A program made the translations under genes and the position numbers. A DNA stretch of 64,000 nt from positions 25,775,171 to 25,839,170 of the forward strand of contig CM074511.1 of assembly GCA_037379345.1 (NCBI GenBank). The letters run 5' to 3'. A model generated the notes under the pieces. It searched no databases. It saw only the letters and a program-made list of their open reading frames with translations, and was not told the origin of the DNA. Source of the stretch: Perna viridis (Eukaryota). Positions 25,301 to 40,300 of the stretch are shown here, piece by piece (the stretch's first letter is position 1; every line of letters begins with the position of its first letter).

Positions 25301-28300
25301 AGGTCTACATGTACATGTATGAGTAGCACTCTCACAACCACCTAGAAAAAGAACAAAGGTACTTAAAAAAGACTACCCATCGTAGTTCTATAATCTGGGT
25401 ATAGGCTACAGAATAATACATTAATTAAATTTGACCACTTGAAAAAAAAAAAAAAAACCTTCGTCACTAACTGTAGACTTTCCTAATTTTGCTTTGATCA
25501 TTTACCTATTAAGTACAGCCCTACCTTAAAACTAGGCAGAAGCATGTAATTAGTGATTCAGGCATTTCTTAATATGATGAATAACCCCCATGCCTGGTTT
25601 TTAGACAGAACCATACTTAAAATGTTATTGAAATTGTAATAATCAACAATTTTTTGCATGATTTAGAACTCTAACAAATAGGCTTCTGGAACAGGGTTAT
25701 GTTGCTACAAGATTGAAATCATCACTACATAAGTTTTATGGTCGTCATCATGAACTTGTGGATCGTTATAGTGTATCCATCTGCACCATGAAAACTGATT
25801 TATTCAATGGATCATAGTTTTCCTTTCCTCGTTTGTCTACCCTGGACTTTTTATGAGCAACTCGGTGGGTGTTTCTAGAAAAGCAGAGGACGCTTACCCT
25901 ACCAGTGCACCTGGTCCATGCTCCCATGAAGTCCGAGTTGCTCATTTACTTTTGTTACTTTGTATGTATGATTTTAGTTACTTTATGTTCTTTGTTGTAT
26001 ATGTCTGTTTTCCATGTCTGGTCTTTGTCCCTGAATTACATTCTTTTGAATACCACTATAACCTTGGTTTCCTTGATTACTCTCTTACTCATTAAATCTT
26101 AGAACTATCATTAAATTCCAATATTATTGAGGAATAACAGTTTATTTATTTTTTTAATATTCTCAATGCTCATATTGCACTTGAAAATAATCCTGTACCA
26201 CTTGATATAGGTGATCTCCTCATTGACAAAAAAGTAATTACAGTCATTCATAAATAAAATAGATTTCCATATCAATAAAATTGATGGTGACCTTTTGTCC
26301 TAATTTTTTTTCAGGATGTATTTTTCGGTCTTATTTTTATTTAGTACTAAACATTATTATTGAAATCATATTATACCTCTGTCAGAACAGTCTAGATTGA
26401 AGAGACCTGGACAACCTGGTATATCACATAGATCTCCCTTCCATCCTGTTACATAGTCGCATTTACATTTTCCACTTTCAATTTTACCATGCTCAGAACA
26501 TTCAGAGTTACAGCCAAGTCCAGCAAAACCTGGATCACATTCACAGAGTCCAGAGTTGATAGGTGTCTCTGTTCCATTAACACAAGGGTCGTTACAGGCA
26601 GGTCCCATCCAATTACCTGTACAGTTTTGACAAAGTGGTGGGTCAAAGTTCCATTCATCACAAACCCCTAAAGTAAAGAAATATATCTATCGATTATTGT
26701 ATAAATTTAAATATGAAAAAACGAAGTAAAAATGTGTAGCCAAAATTTCTGGTATGAGGGCCAATAAGAACGAGCGAATGATTTAATGTTACAGATTTTT
26801 AGATTTTCACACAAACATTTCAACTATTAGCAAGTAGATTTTTTTGTTTTTAACCCTTTTAATGCCACATTTTTTCCACCGGTTAGCGATGTATTCGTTT
26901 TGAATTCTTCATATATATTTTATCCATTGCAAACAATACTAATGCTACAAACCTCTATCATGACAGTTTGGTTCACCAGGACAGTCAGCAACATGGCATG
27001 CCACACCCATCCAACCAGCAAAGCACTCGCACGTCATTTCTTCACTGTTACAATCACCATGGCCACTACACTCAATGTCGGTTGTAGGGTGACGAGGACA
27101 TCCTGGCACTTCACAGTAAGTACCACTCCATCCCACCAAAGGATCACAGAAACACTTGTAGGCACTGTCACAAACACCATTTCCTGAACATTGAATGTTA
27201 CATCCATCTCCATGGTAACAAGTCGTATTACATACACATTGTGTATTGTTTGCATTTGGGGCTCCATGAATACATGGGTCATTACATGCTGGTCCATACC
27301 AGCCAACATCACAGTTCATGCATTTTGGTGGAGAATATGCTGGATCGCAGTAACCTTGGTCATGACAGTTGGGTTCTCCTGGACAATCTGGGTCACCACA
27401 TCCAGTCAGTTCATCTTAAATAACAATAATCAACTTTTTAGTGATGTTTGAAGACTTTCAAACATGTTCAAAATGAAATAAACAAAATTAGAGATTTCAT
27501 TTTCTTTCAAGTTTTTAATGCCAATTACATTATATTTTTTGTACAATTGCTTACTTTGTCTTTTCAACAATCCTTTTTCAATCAAGTATCATTTTGTAGA
27601 CATAAATCATGCTTTAAAATCTCTTCTTTAATTATTCTTTACCTGCATCATGTATCAATTCATTTTCCCATTGGTAGCAACAACCACAAAAAATCCCTTG
27701 GGTAAAATAACAATATCTTTTGATATAATTTGATATGCTTTCTAACTTTAGGATTTACCTGCCCATCCAGGTTCACAGTAACATTTCCCACTACCAGCCA
27801 TACAGATACCATGGCCTGAACACTCATCAGATGTTTTAGATGGGCATCCAGGACGGGTACATTTATCTTCCTGCCAATTATCTGTACAGGTGCATGTCCC
27901 AAGGGAGTTACAATTACCATGATCATTACATTCGGATTCACAGAACCTTCCAAGATGGCAGTCATCACATTGACATTCACCTCCTACACATTGACCTTGA
28001 CCATTGCATGTCTTTGAACAGTCATCTCCATGGTAACAGGGGTCACAAATACAGGTGCCTATAGATGTACAAGTCCCATGTCCGGAACAGGTTGTGTTGG
28101 CATGACATTGGCTGTCACATCTATGACCGACATAGTTACTATCACACTGACATGTGCCCCAGTGAGAACATGTGCCATGGCCAGAACAGGTTGTAGTTGG
28201 ATCACAATAATATTGACAATCACTGCCAACAAAACCAGAATTACATGTGCATGATCCTGATAAGAAAGTTCCACGACCATTGCAAAGGTTGGCACTAGCT

Positions 28301-31300
28301 TCACATAATGTACCGCTACTTCCATCTGTTGCTGGACTTATTCCATTTCCTCCAGATACAGACCGTTGGAATTTCAGAACCTTATGTGTATAGTTACCAG
28401 TGAAAGTCCTAATCCTACCCCCACCACCACCAGCGCTGTAATGACTACCACAACAGCCACCTAAATAACAAGAACATGCACATTCTGTTCCAGCACCATC
28501 ACCTCCATCTGCATTTAAAATTCCCCATCCTTCAATAATTTCACTGTCCATCCACACAGAACCACCACTTCCTGCTCCTCCTGCTCCAGACCCTATACCT
28601 TTCATGTGAACCTGACCTTCCAAAAACATAGCATTTGAAGATACAACTCTGAGTGCTGAACCTCCTGAGCCTGCATTACCATGACTACAACTACCTCCAC
28701 CACTCCCAGCAGTCCATGGAAGACATTTGTCATCATAAGTTGAGGAACTTCCAGTACAATAAGAGCCACTGCTGCATGAATTGTATCCATTTCCACCATG
28801 GCCTCCATGAGCAGCTCCACCCCCTGCATCATTACTGCATGTATTACCTGCACCTGGTCCAGTTGCCTTTTCATACCCTTTTCCATCTCCAGTTATTATT
28901 CCAGCTTTTTCAACATCCATAATCCAGCTAACCAGAGACCCTGAATATGTAACCTCCACTGTACTGCTGTGCTGAACATGGAAATATTGAGTAAAAACAT
29001 CAAGTCCTTCACTGGTAGTGTAATCATCATCAATCAGCTGAATTTTTCCTTGATTCAGCACTGTCATGGTAGACAGATGGTATTTGCCGGGCAAAGGTGT
29101 GCCGATGTTGCCCATTGCAGAACCAGAATAATATAAGGCTGTTGTTCCTCTTGTGTACAAATGCTCCAGACCATACACATCTCCTTTAATGGTCATCACT
29201 TGTTCAACATAGCTAGTAGGTGGGAAAATGACCTTTGACCCTTCTACTGTGTAAATGTTAGATCCTAGCCCATCACGAAGGCGATTATCGGCAATGTATA
29301 ATGTGATACCATTACTAATGTAGAGCAGACCATTGGCTTCATGAATGTGGTCATAGTATATTGGAGTCTGTAAATACAAAAACTAAACATCATCAAGTTA
29401 TGAAATGGAAAATATGTTGTAAAACTAGCACGTAATTAAATGATATTAATACGTCATGGCTAGCTGAACTAGAAAAAATGAAAAAAGCCCACTTTTATAT
29501 ACCCCCTCAACACCCCAGTTACATTATGGTAAAAATATATTAAAACAAAGCTGTGAAATGTTGATTCAATCTGAAATTAAATTCAACAATATGGCATATT
29601 TAAGTTTCTGTCAAAATATCAAGTGACTGTGATCACTACTTATAGAAAAAATTGTAAAGAAAAAGTTGTGGAGGGACAAAAGATAATTAGACAATTAGAT
29701 GGACAGATAACAGTAATCACTAGATACATTTTGTCTAACCTACCACAAAACTAAACGTTACCTATCAAGAATAACTTGTTTTTGTTTTTACCTGTGTTGG
29801 AGCTGCACATGCCCTGTTGTTCAGGTGTATATTGTCAAGGTATACATTGTCTATATTTGTTCTGAATGAACATGTGTTGATGCTGCCTCTGTTCAGGTTG
29901 TCTATCCATAGCTCTCGCCATTCATCATCTCCTACGGTTGATTGAACATATACAGTGCCAGGACCACCAGGGTATGAGCCTCCCCCACCCGTCGCTATGA
30001 CGTTTCCATTGAATAACATGTATTCTGATAGGTAGATTGATATTCTGCCTCCTGATCCTGCACCGTTCGCTGAAAAGTCAAATATCGTACATTTCAGCAT
30101 AATATAGTTGAAACTTAAAATGAGGGTCTGCCACAAGTAATGATAACTTAGATGACCTTCTCCCCCAAAACTTATTTATGATGTTATGCTAAGGATAACT
30201 TCACTCAATATATTCAATAAAATCTTTTTGTAGTGAAATAATGGGATGGTTAAAAAATTAATCAAAGTTGAATTCTATTGATTTTTTTTTAATACAGATC
30301 ACTATATAACTAACCATCTAATTCTACTCTCCAGTTTTCAAACCTCTTTTATTTACATATTGGTTCTATAATCCTGAAAGGGGCATACTTTATATTTACA
30401 ATATTTGGATATTTGATAAAAAGTTTATTCTAAGGTGAACTTGTTTATAACTAGCAATAACAAAGACATTAGTATTTACAGTACTTCATTTAGTTAATAA
30501 AATATCATAACATCAAATAATTTTTTTTTTTTTGGAAACAGTGAATATATTGACAAAAAAAGTAAAAACATTTGATCTCCTCCTTACATGAATGGCTTAT
30601 GCCTCCATTAGCTGATGCTGTTCCATAACCTTTAAGATTTCCCAAGGTCATCATAATACTACCACCACTACCAGAACCACCATGGTAGGATGTCCCACTC
30701 AATCCTGTAGTTTTTATTGTACCATCAAGGCGTAATTCCTGTAATGTACAAATATATATCTTACAAAATACTATTTGGTCTCAGTCTTGTATTCTTTGCC
30801 CCATAGGCTTCTATAGTATACCTTAAATTTTCATGATTTTTAAAAAAATAGAGAAGGAGTTTCAATCTAACTCTTGACTATTTTTTCCAATTAAGGAAAT
30901 GTCAAAAATAATTTTTAGGTCCATTTTAGAAAAAAAAGGGACAAACTTTGGTACACCAGGACAGGTCAAACTAAAAATAGACTTTTTTCTACTTTCACTT
31001 TTATTTTGAGTTCATAAAGTAGACCCCTTTTCTGAAGCATTATTTTTCATGAAAATACTGTTTCTTCTCAAAAACATTTTTTTTGTGTCATAGATTGATA
31101 TTTACCCTGTACTTGTGATGACAAATGATAGTCATTTGGCAAGAAACAAAAACAGGAAAAGGCAAAAAAGAGGCACGCTATATTTTTTAGCTGCATGTTT
31201 TGACGTACACCCGCTCAGGAATATGTAATACAAGACTGATACCATTTAAGTTAGTAGACCTAGGGTAAGGGACACAACTCTTACAAATCATTGGAACGTT

Positions 31301-34300
31301 TGTATTTACCATTTTATACCAATCTAATGTAAGCATCAAAGTAGCCCGGACTGGTTTCATTCTGCTTCAAAAGGGAAACTTGAAAGGCTTTGATGAAATT
31401 GTATATGATACAAACATTATAACTGATTTGAAGAGTTATGTCCCTTATGCCAGGTATACCTTCTTAATTATCAAAATAACAAGGGTTAAGGAGGTAGACC
31501 TAGGGTAAGGGAAACAACTCATAAAAATCACTGGAACGTTTGTATTCAGCATTTTACATCAATCTTATGTAAGCATCTAATTAACTTGGATTCATTTTAT
31601 TCTGCTTCAAATGAAAGCTTGAGAGGCTTAGGTGAAATTGTGTATGATGCAAACATATCACTGATTTCATGAGTTATGTCCCTTATCCTAGGTCTACCTC
31701 CTTAAAATAAAATTAAAATTAGAACACGTTAGTAAAAATGAATATAATATGGTCATTTCAAAACCAGATAAATGTTGGTGTTATCTTATCATTTACAAGG
31801 TAGGTAATAATTTTTAGCATAGTTCTCAGTAATATACTGAATAAAAGCATTTGTTTCTACATCTTGCTTCAGTGATTTTTTTTTAATCTTAATTGATAAT
31901 TCATCAAAAAACAGCTTGGAGAAATGCAATGGCCAAACCATAAACCATAATCACCTCTGCAACGTTGATTGTAACATGACTGCCACCAGAGCCACCATAC
32001 GATCCCCCACCTCCACTGCCTGGTTCTGTAGCCGACATAACACTGCCGTACTGACTTCCTGCTGTAGCACTGTCATGCCCATGGCCCCCTGTATGGTCAA
32101 CAAAAACTGACAGTAGGTCAAGTGTTTCCCAAATATGCATGTTACAATTCAACTAAAACGTTATGCTGGTCATTTCCATGTGGACAACTTTTTTCCATTA
32201 TGCTATGTGTAACTTCACCAATTTTTGTTGTCCTGTTGCATTATATTCTATGTTTTGTCCCTTTGTTTGACTCATATTAATTCTGATATTTCTAGCCACA
32301 ATAGTTCTAAGTCATCTCATTAAGTAGGGTATAATTGAATTTATTTAGATCAGTCATGTGATCAGTTGCAGTATATATTTTTTTGCATGGCTTTGCAGTA
32401 TCTGTAGATTTTAAATCTGTCTTAGTGAAACATATTATATAGTAAGCTTCCTTAGAATGATTTTTTTTCTACAGAAATGTATTGAATTAATATTTCATTT
32501 TTATATCAAAAGAAATAAATACAAATTGATTTCATTTACCTTATCCAAAATACAATCCCCAATTTATGCAGTAAGTTAACATGGGAGAGCAACTAAAATT
32601 GCTAAAAAGCTATGCCTCATCTATATGAAGCCACACACCAAATTTAAAATCAATCAATTTGGAACCAAGATTTTTGTGATGAAAAATTTCTCTATCATTC
32701 CATACAGTGAAAAATGGCTAAGACCCAGGAAACAGGATGTTGATATTGGTGAGCAACATATGCCCCATCTATATGAAGCCACACTCCAAATGTGAAACCA
32801 ATCCATCCATTGGGATCCGAGATAATTGAGATGAAAATTTTACGGGACAGACAGAATGAAGGACAGACGAGGTAATTCCAATATACCACCTACTTGTTAA
32901 ATAGGGTTATAACATGCCTTAAACAGACATTATATGTAGTCCCATCATACAATAAAAAATATATTGTGAACCTTTGTAAACCAAATACCTGTCTTGACTA
33001 AACAAATCCATCAGTTCAAAAGGGTTGGTTTCGACAAGTTTTTATTGGATCAAAATAATTAGAACATACCTGCACTGCCATGTCCTGCTCCTGAAGCCCA
33101 GTCTGTTGAGTCACTACCTGTTCCTTGACCTTGACCTTTAGGATATCCATGTCCATCTCCTTGTACAGTTCCACCGTATTCAACAGTCATCCTAGTTGAA
33201 TTCAACTTGACCTTTAAACTGTTAGTTTCCACAGTGCCACCATTTTTCACAGTAAATTTTCCTCCTGTTATGGTAGGGAAGAGAGGATCCATGGTAACCG
33301 TGATTAGACCTTTGTTATTAACAGTAATAGTTCCTATGGTTACAACCCCTGGAGTATAAGGATGTACTGATTTGTCTGTATACCACATGACCAATGATCT
33401 CAATTCACCTGTGTGAGCATGCTCAGAGAGAATAAGTTCTGCATTTCTCTCTATATAGATATTTTCTACTCCAACAAGTCTACCACTAAGAATGAACTTT
33501 TCAGTGGTAAGAATAAATTCAGTTGGTAATACAAGTTCTCCACCCACATCAACATGGAGACCACATGGAGCATCAAGGTAGGTGTGGGTTGATTCAACAA
33601 AGTTAACAATGACTTGTTGTCTGGACTGCACTCTGACCATTCCCTTTTTGTTCCCAGTAAGCTCATGAATCAAAACTGTCACATTATCTACACCATGTGG
33701 ATGGTAGAAATGAATATATGAGTAGCCCTCTACTTGAACTTCATTGAATTCATAATAAATACTATTGTTTTCCATCACCATGGCTGGATTTATGGTGTTC
33801 AATGCTCCATTGTCCACAAGTAGTTTAGAATGTTCTGGTTCAATCATTGTCCTGTTGAGTCTGGGGTTGTATTTCAGTTCTCTGTACTGTGGTCCTCTCT
33901 GTGACTCATACTTGTAGATAGTACCTGGACCTCCAACTGATGACCCTGTACCACCATGTGATAGATACCTGCCTCCATACAAATTGAAAAATCCAACGTG
34001 TAATGCAATACGGCCTCCACTACCTCCACCTCCTGAGCCAAAACCTTTCCCACCATTTACATTGATAGTTCCATGACCAGAAATGTTGTATGCTGTGATG
34101 AATATGCTCCCTCCACTACCGCCACCAGCAGAAGAGCTGGTAGCACTTGAACCCCCTGAACTGATCTCACCATCAATGTGGATATTTCTACCAACCATCA
34201 TTTTGAGGAAACCTCCACCTGATCCACTGTTAGATCCAGCTCCTCCACTGCCAAGGTCCATAGGTGAAAACACAGATCCATATGGGTGAGAGTCATCAGA

Positions 34301-37300
34301 CCCTCCTCCAACACCTCCATAACTACCGCCAGCATAGCCACTACCTACTCCTGGCCCTGTACTTGGGCCATGGCCTCTACCATCAAGGTTCAATTCTCCC
34401 TCTGGTTCAATGTCAAAGGCCCCTAGATCCATGTAACCATGATTCATAAGTACTGTTCCTTGGTATTTTACCTCCATAAAGGATGCTGTAATAGTGAAAT
34501 CTGTCAAAATTTTTCTGAACTCTAAAGTTCCAAGTTTCTTGATGTTGATGGTTGGTAGTGAGAAATTGCCTTCCTCTGAGACCAAAACATATGTTCCATT
34601 ATCAAGTAGTGCAGTTTGAGAGGTTGATGATACACTGACAACAGTGCCATCCTCAATGTAGAAATGGTGGACCCCTGTCATCAATCCATCTATTGTCGTA
34701 TTGATGCCCTGCATGTGAACTTCTGTTGGGAACACAATTTCACTTCCATAGTCAATAATGTAGCTCACTGGTGCCTCAGTGACATTTCTGATAGATTCAA
34801 CATATTCAACAATCACTTTTTGGTGACTTCTTAGATGCAGCTGTCCTGTACGATCACCAATAAACCTATGGATAATGATTTGAACAGGTTTATTAGGATG
34901 GTAAATTATTACTCTTGCAAATCCTGCTATTTCAACCTCATCAAATTCATAGTCAGTTGTTTCATTTACCATAATTACTGTTGGGACAGAGACCAAGTTA
35001 CCATCATTGTCAATGTGAAGATAACGGTGATCAACTTGAAGGTAGGTATTATTTGTACCTTTCATGTACTTCAGTATTCTGTACTCTAAAGGTCTGAAGT
35101 TGTTTTCGACAAAAGTAGTTCCAGCTGCTCCACCATGTGTCAGTTCTGCTGCACTGCCACCATCACCACCATGGTTGGTGAACTTTCCTCCATAGCTGTA
35201 CCTGTATCTACAGTGAACACCAATTCTGCCTCCTGAACCCCCTCCACCTGTTGAACCAGAACCATCTCCTCCTCTAACATTGATTTCCCCATGTCCTGTA
35301 AAGTTTGTGGTAAACATGTTGATACTTCCACCACTACCACCACCACTGTTGCCAGATTGCCCATTATTGCCTTGTAGAGCAAGTAAACCATTCAGTTCCA
35401 TCCTTTGACTGATATTCCATAGAAGCAGCCCACCTCCATTGCCACCTACTCCACTCCCATTACCTCCACCACTGCCAAATATTGCAGGGTCATACACTGA
35501 ATTGTAAGGTTCTGTTGGTAAGGATGGATTGGACCCTCCACCATAACCACCATGGCTAGCACCATAACCTTGGCTACTTATAGTTCTCCCTGCACCTAAT
35601 CCTTCCTCTGGCTTATGTCCATGACCGTTCAGATGTAAAATTCCCTGACTCTCAATCCAAGCATAAGATGAATCTATGATGGCATCATTCATATACAGGT
35701 TGGCACCATACTTTACCCTAGTTTCACTGTTCCAAATGTGCATAGCTTTGGTGATTTTCAAAAAGCCAATAGTTCCTCCATTCTTAACTGTAAATGTGTC
35801 CCAAGCAAAGTTTCCTTCCTCTTTCACATTGTAGTATGTGCCATTTTCAACCAGTGCAGTGTATGCAGTTGAGTGGAATTCAATGTCTGTGGCATCTTCA
35901 ACAAATAAATTGGCCACACCAGTTATCAAACCAGCAAATGTACTATCTGCTCCATGCAAGTGGGTTTCTGCAGGCAAGTAAATCTCACCACCAGCTCTCA
36001 AATCAAAACCACAAGGTGCTTCAGTTTTGTTGAATATAGCCTCTGTGATTTCAACAACCACATGTTGATCATTCTGAATTATTAGTACTCCAGTCTTGTC
36101 ACCGATGAATCTTAGAATATCCACATCAACTCTGGTAGCATTGCTAGGATGGTAAATTTTAAGTCTAGTACTTCCTGTGAGCTCTGTTTCATTAAACACA
36201 TAGTTGTATTTGTAATTCTCCATAATCAATGTTTCTGCTGGACTATACTTCCCACGGTTGTCAGTATGCAAGTATTTATGATCAACATCAAAATAGGTCA
36301 TGTTGTAAACTGAATTATATTTTTTCTTTCTGTAAGAAAGTGGTCGAGTATTCTCCTGTATGAATGTTGTTCCTGAAGCACCTACTTTAGCAGACTCGAA
36401 TGTCCCACCACCATTTCCACCATAGTTATGGTATGTTCCTCCAAATGAATATCTCCATTCACAGTGAACACCAACTCTACCCCCAGAACCACCATAGCCA
36501 TCACCAACACCATTACCACCAGCAACGTAGATGTCCCCATGTCCTGACATGTTAAGGGCAGTTATCAACAAACTACCTCCACTACCCCCACCAGCATGGC
36601 TTGACTGACCATCACCACCATTCAAAGTCAAGATTCCATTCAGTTCAAGAAGATCTCCAATTTCCCACACCAAGAATCCCCCTCCAGTCCCACCTGTACC
36701 CCCACCATTACCTCCACCACTGCCTGTGTACTCCATTGTGGGATAGGCTGTGCCATTTCCAGGTTTAAAGACAGAATTGTAGGGAACTCCACCAAAATCT
36801 GGGGATGGCCCACCACCCCAACCCCCATGACCTGCTCCACAACCTTTCCCTGAAACTGTCCAACCAGCACCACGACCGCTTTCAGCTGGATTACCAACAG
36901 CATCAAGGTTGAACTCTCCTTCAGCTTCCACACTACCATAGCTAGACCTAATAAGGGCAAGGTTCATCAAAAGAAGCCCTTCATACTTGACATAGAATTT
37001 TGCAACTGTTATTGACAATGGATTAGCAATTTGTCTAAAGTTAGCTCTTGAATTTCTCATCACTTTCAAAATGGCCCACTCAAAATTTCCTTCTGTAGTC
37101 ATTCTGTATCTTGTACCATTGGTAAGGAGAGCAGTATGGCCAGTAGAGAAGAATAAAACATCTGCACCTCCACGGATCAACAACTCTTCAATGCCTGTGA
37201 TCAGACCGGCAAACCAATTTCTTCGACCAACCAGGTTTACAATTTCTGGGAACTGAACTTCAGACTTGGCATCAATTTTGAAACTGACAGGAGCATAAGT

Positions 37301-40300
37301 TTCATTTGAAACAGATTCGACTACTTCAACATAAAGGATTTGTTTCTGCCTTACATGTATCAATCCAGTCAAGTCACCCTGCATTTCATGGACAATAACT
37401 TCAACACCTTCACCAGACGGTGGGTAGTCAAAGATTAGATTAGCATGGCCTCGAAGATCCATTTCATCAAAAGCATAATTAGTGGTAGCCCCTTCATTAA
37501 CACTTGAATACAGCCAAGGTTCTCCATGATTAACATAAAGATGTTTGTCAGTATGGTTGTTGTCAATCAAAATTCTACGATGATTACCAACCCTAATGGT
37601 CTCATTCAGTACTTTGTCATATTTGATATCCTCATAGTCTGGTCCCCTGTTTGTTTCTTCAATATACACAGTACCAGCAGCACCTGACTCCATTCCTCCT
37701 GATCCATGACCACCATAAGCATTCAAAAGGCCAGCAAATCTTCTGTCAAAGTGAATGAGAATGCCAATTCTACCTCCACTACCTCCTCCTCCCTTTCCTG
37801 TGCTTGATCCATTTCCTCCACTACAATCAACATGACCATATCCAGTGAAGTTTAGAGTCTCAATAACAATAGCACCACCGCTGCCACCACCAGCATTCAG
37901 ACCTTGCCCATTCTCTCCCTGCATGGTTACCTCACCATCAATCCACAGATGAGTTCCGACCCTCCATACAAGATAACCTCCACCTCTGCCTCCTCTCCCT
38001 TTACCATTACCACCACCACTTCCTTCATGTTTAGGTACATAGACAGAATCATAGGGAATGCCACCAGTGTTTGGTTTGGGAGCTCCACCATGTCCACCAT
38101 GGGCTGCTCCATAACCCAATGATCCCTCTGTTGTTCCGTTTCCAGGTCCTGTTTCAGATCCATATCCCATGTAGTCTAGGTACAGAAAACCTTCACTTTC
38201 TACTACACCCTCTGCTGAGAAGATGGTACCATCAGTCATATAAACTCTGCCCTGGAACATAATATGGAACTTGATCAGCTGCAACACTAAATTTGCCTCT
38301 GTTTCTGTAAACCTAGCAACAGATCCTCTCTGGACTGTGAATATAGTCAGGCTGATGTTGCCTGGTTTTGTCATGTGTATGTATGATCCATTTTCTCTCA
38401 GTGCTGTTTGAGAAGTAGAATAAAATTCTACATCAGCACCCTCAGCAATGGTAAGATTTTGTACATTTGTCATTAGACCATGGAGTTCACTTCTGGTTCC
38501 TAGCATAATGACTGTGGATGGTAGGACAATTTCTGTTCCTTTCTCAACTTTATAGCTTACTGGAGCTACTGTATACCCTGTTGTAGATTCTTTGTATTCT
38601 ACATGAATGACTTGTCCTTCCAATATATGCATCAGCCCAGTCCTATCTCCACTGAATTTATGTACCACAAGTTCTGATGATGATCCATATATCTGTAGCA
38701 CAGCATGGTTGTTAGCCTCTAACTCATCAAACTCAAAGTCATGACTTCCATCATCAGTCATTATAATGGTTGGAGCTTTGTGATTTCTGTTGTCATTGTC
38801 AATGTACAACTTGACAAAACCATCTTTGTAAACTAGGCCTTCTGTTGTATTAACAAGTTCCTTTGCATTTAGACCTTGACTGTTGGAGTCGGTAAAATAG
38901 ATAGTTCCTGCTGCACCATTTTTGTCATCATCAGTTCTTCCTGAACCACCATGGCCACCATAAGTCTCATATTTTCCAGTATACTCTCTGAACCATGAAA
39001 CGTGAGCAGCTATCCTGCCTCCACCTCCACCATGTCCAAGGTTGTGCCCATAGCCACCTTCTGTGGTTGCTAGACCATGTCCAGAGAAGTTTACAGCCAC
39101 AATGTGAATGCTCCCACCGCTGCCACCACCACTGTTGTCATTTGTGGCATTGTTACCCAGACTCATCAGAATTCCATCCAGGTGAAGGTATCTAGCTACA
39201 TCTATGTCAATAACACCTCCTCCTTGGCCTCCTGAGTTACCACCTCCTTTACTGCCAGGATGTACAGGTTTCTTGTAGGATCCATAGCAACTGCCTGTAT
39301 AAACAGAAAAGCAAAATTTTGCAAGTACCTTAAATGAAGAAGCATAAAACAAGAGAGTATGTAATTTAAAAAAATCTTTAGGTTTTCAAATCTTTCAAAT
39401 CGTCTAAAGTAATCAATTCAAACAGACTTTGTTTATCAAAGCTAAATTATGAAAATATTTTACCATGTTCATTTTCCTCTATACTACAAACCAATTTGTT
39501 TTGACAGATACCTTTTTGTACTTGTTGAATATTGTCCAAGTTTATAGGCCCCTAAAGTTCATAAAAAAAAACTAGATTTGTGCTTACACCAGTAGTCATA
39601 AATAAGCTCAATCCTCTACAATTATTTTGTTTCCTCCTTTCCTTTTACATACTTGTAGAATAGTTAGTTTGAACATGACCACCACCATATCCACCATGGC
39701 TGCCTCCAACTCCTGCTCCACTACTGTCCACCACTCCATCCCCTGGTGATGCCCATACAACACTCCTTCCTGTTGTATTCAGTTTAGCCTCCCCTTCCAT
39801 GTGTAATTTACCAGCTGCTATAGTGATGTTATCAGCAGTGATGTGGGAATCATACCTCATCATTAAATCAGAGACCTCTAGATCCAGGACTGTCTCATGG
39901 ATGATTTCTGCCTTGGCTTCCATTGATAGATGACCAAATCCAAGGGTACCTAAAAGCAATATCCATATTTAACACCTAAAAAGCTATTACTGAAGTTCAT
40001 GACAATCATTTTGTCACCTGATATATAATCCTGGTAAAATCTTTTAACGACACATAGCACAAATCATTTCTATCACAGGAATGGCTTTAAAAATATGAAG
40101 CATGTTAGATTTAAAAAATAGAATTTTTTTAATGCATTAGAAACATTGTAGACTTTCACAAAAGCTGAGAATAACAATAATACTTTTGAAGCCTCTATTG
40201 TAAGCTAGAAATGATTCCTCTCTGAAATACTTAAATCAATGAATTGTACCTCCAGGCAAGGTAACATACTGGCTTCCCATCCATCGACTGTTTGTAGCTG

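Noticed and set aside
15550-28300. Naming the gene tenascin, teneurin, mucin or FCGBP
   Set aside because: No FN3, fibrinogen, NHL/YD, TIL or long PTS domains are visible; only generic domains are shared, so no symbol is assigned.
32575-32912. Further degraded Helitron/HINE-like or MITE remnants (also about 13293-13460, 43950-44200, 49130-49270, 63193-63295)
   Set aside because: They resemble common mollusc repeats, but boundaries and class cannot be supported from this window alone.
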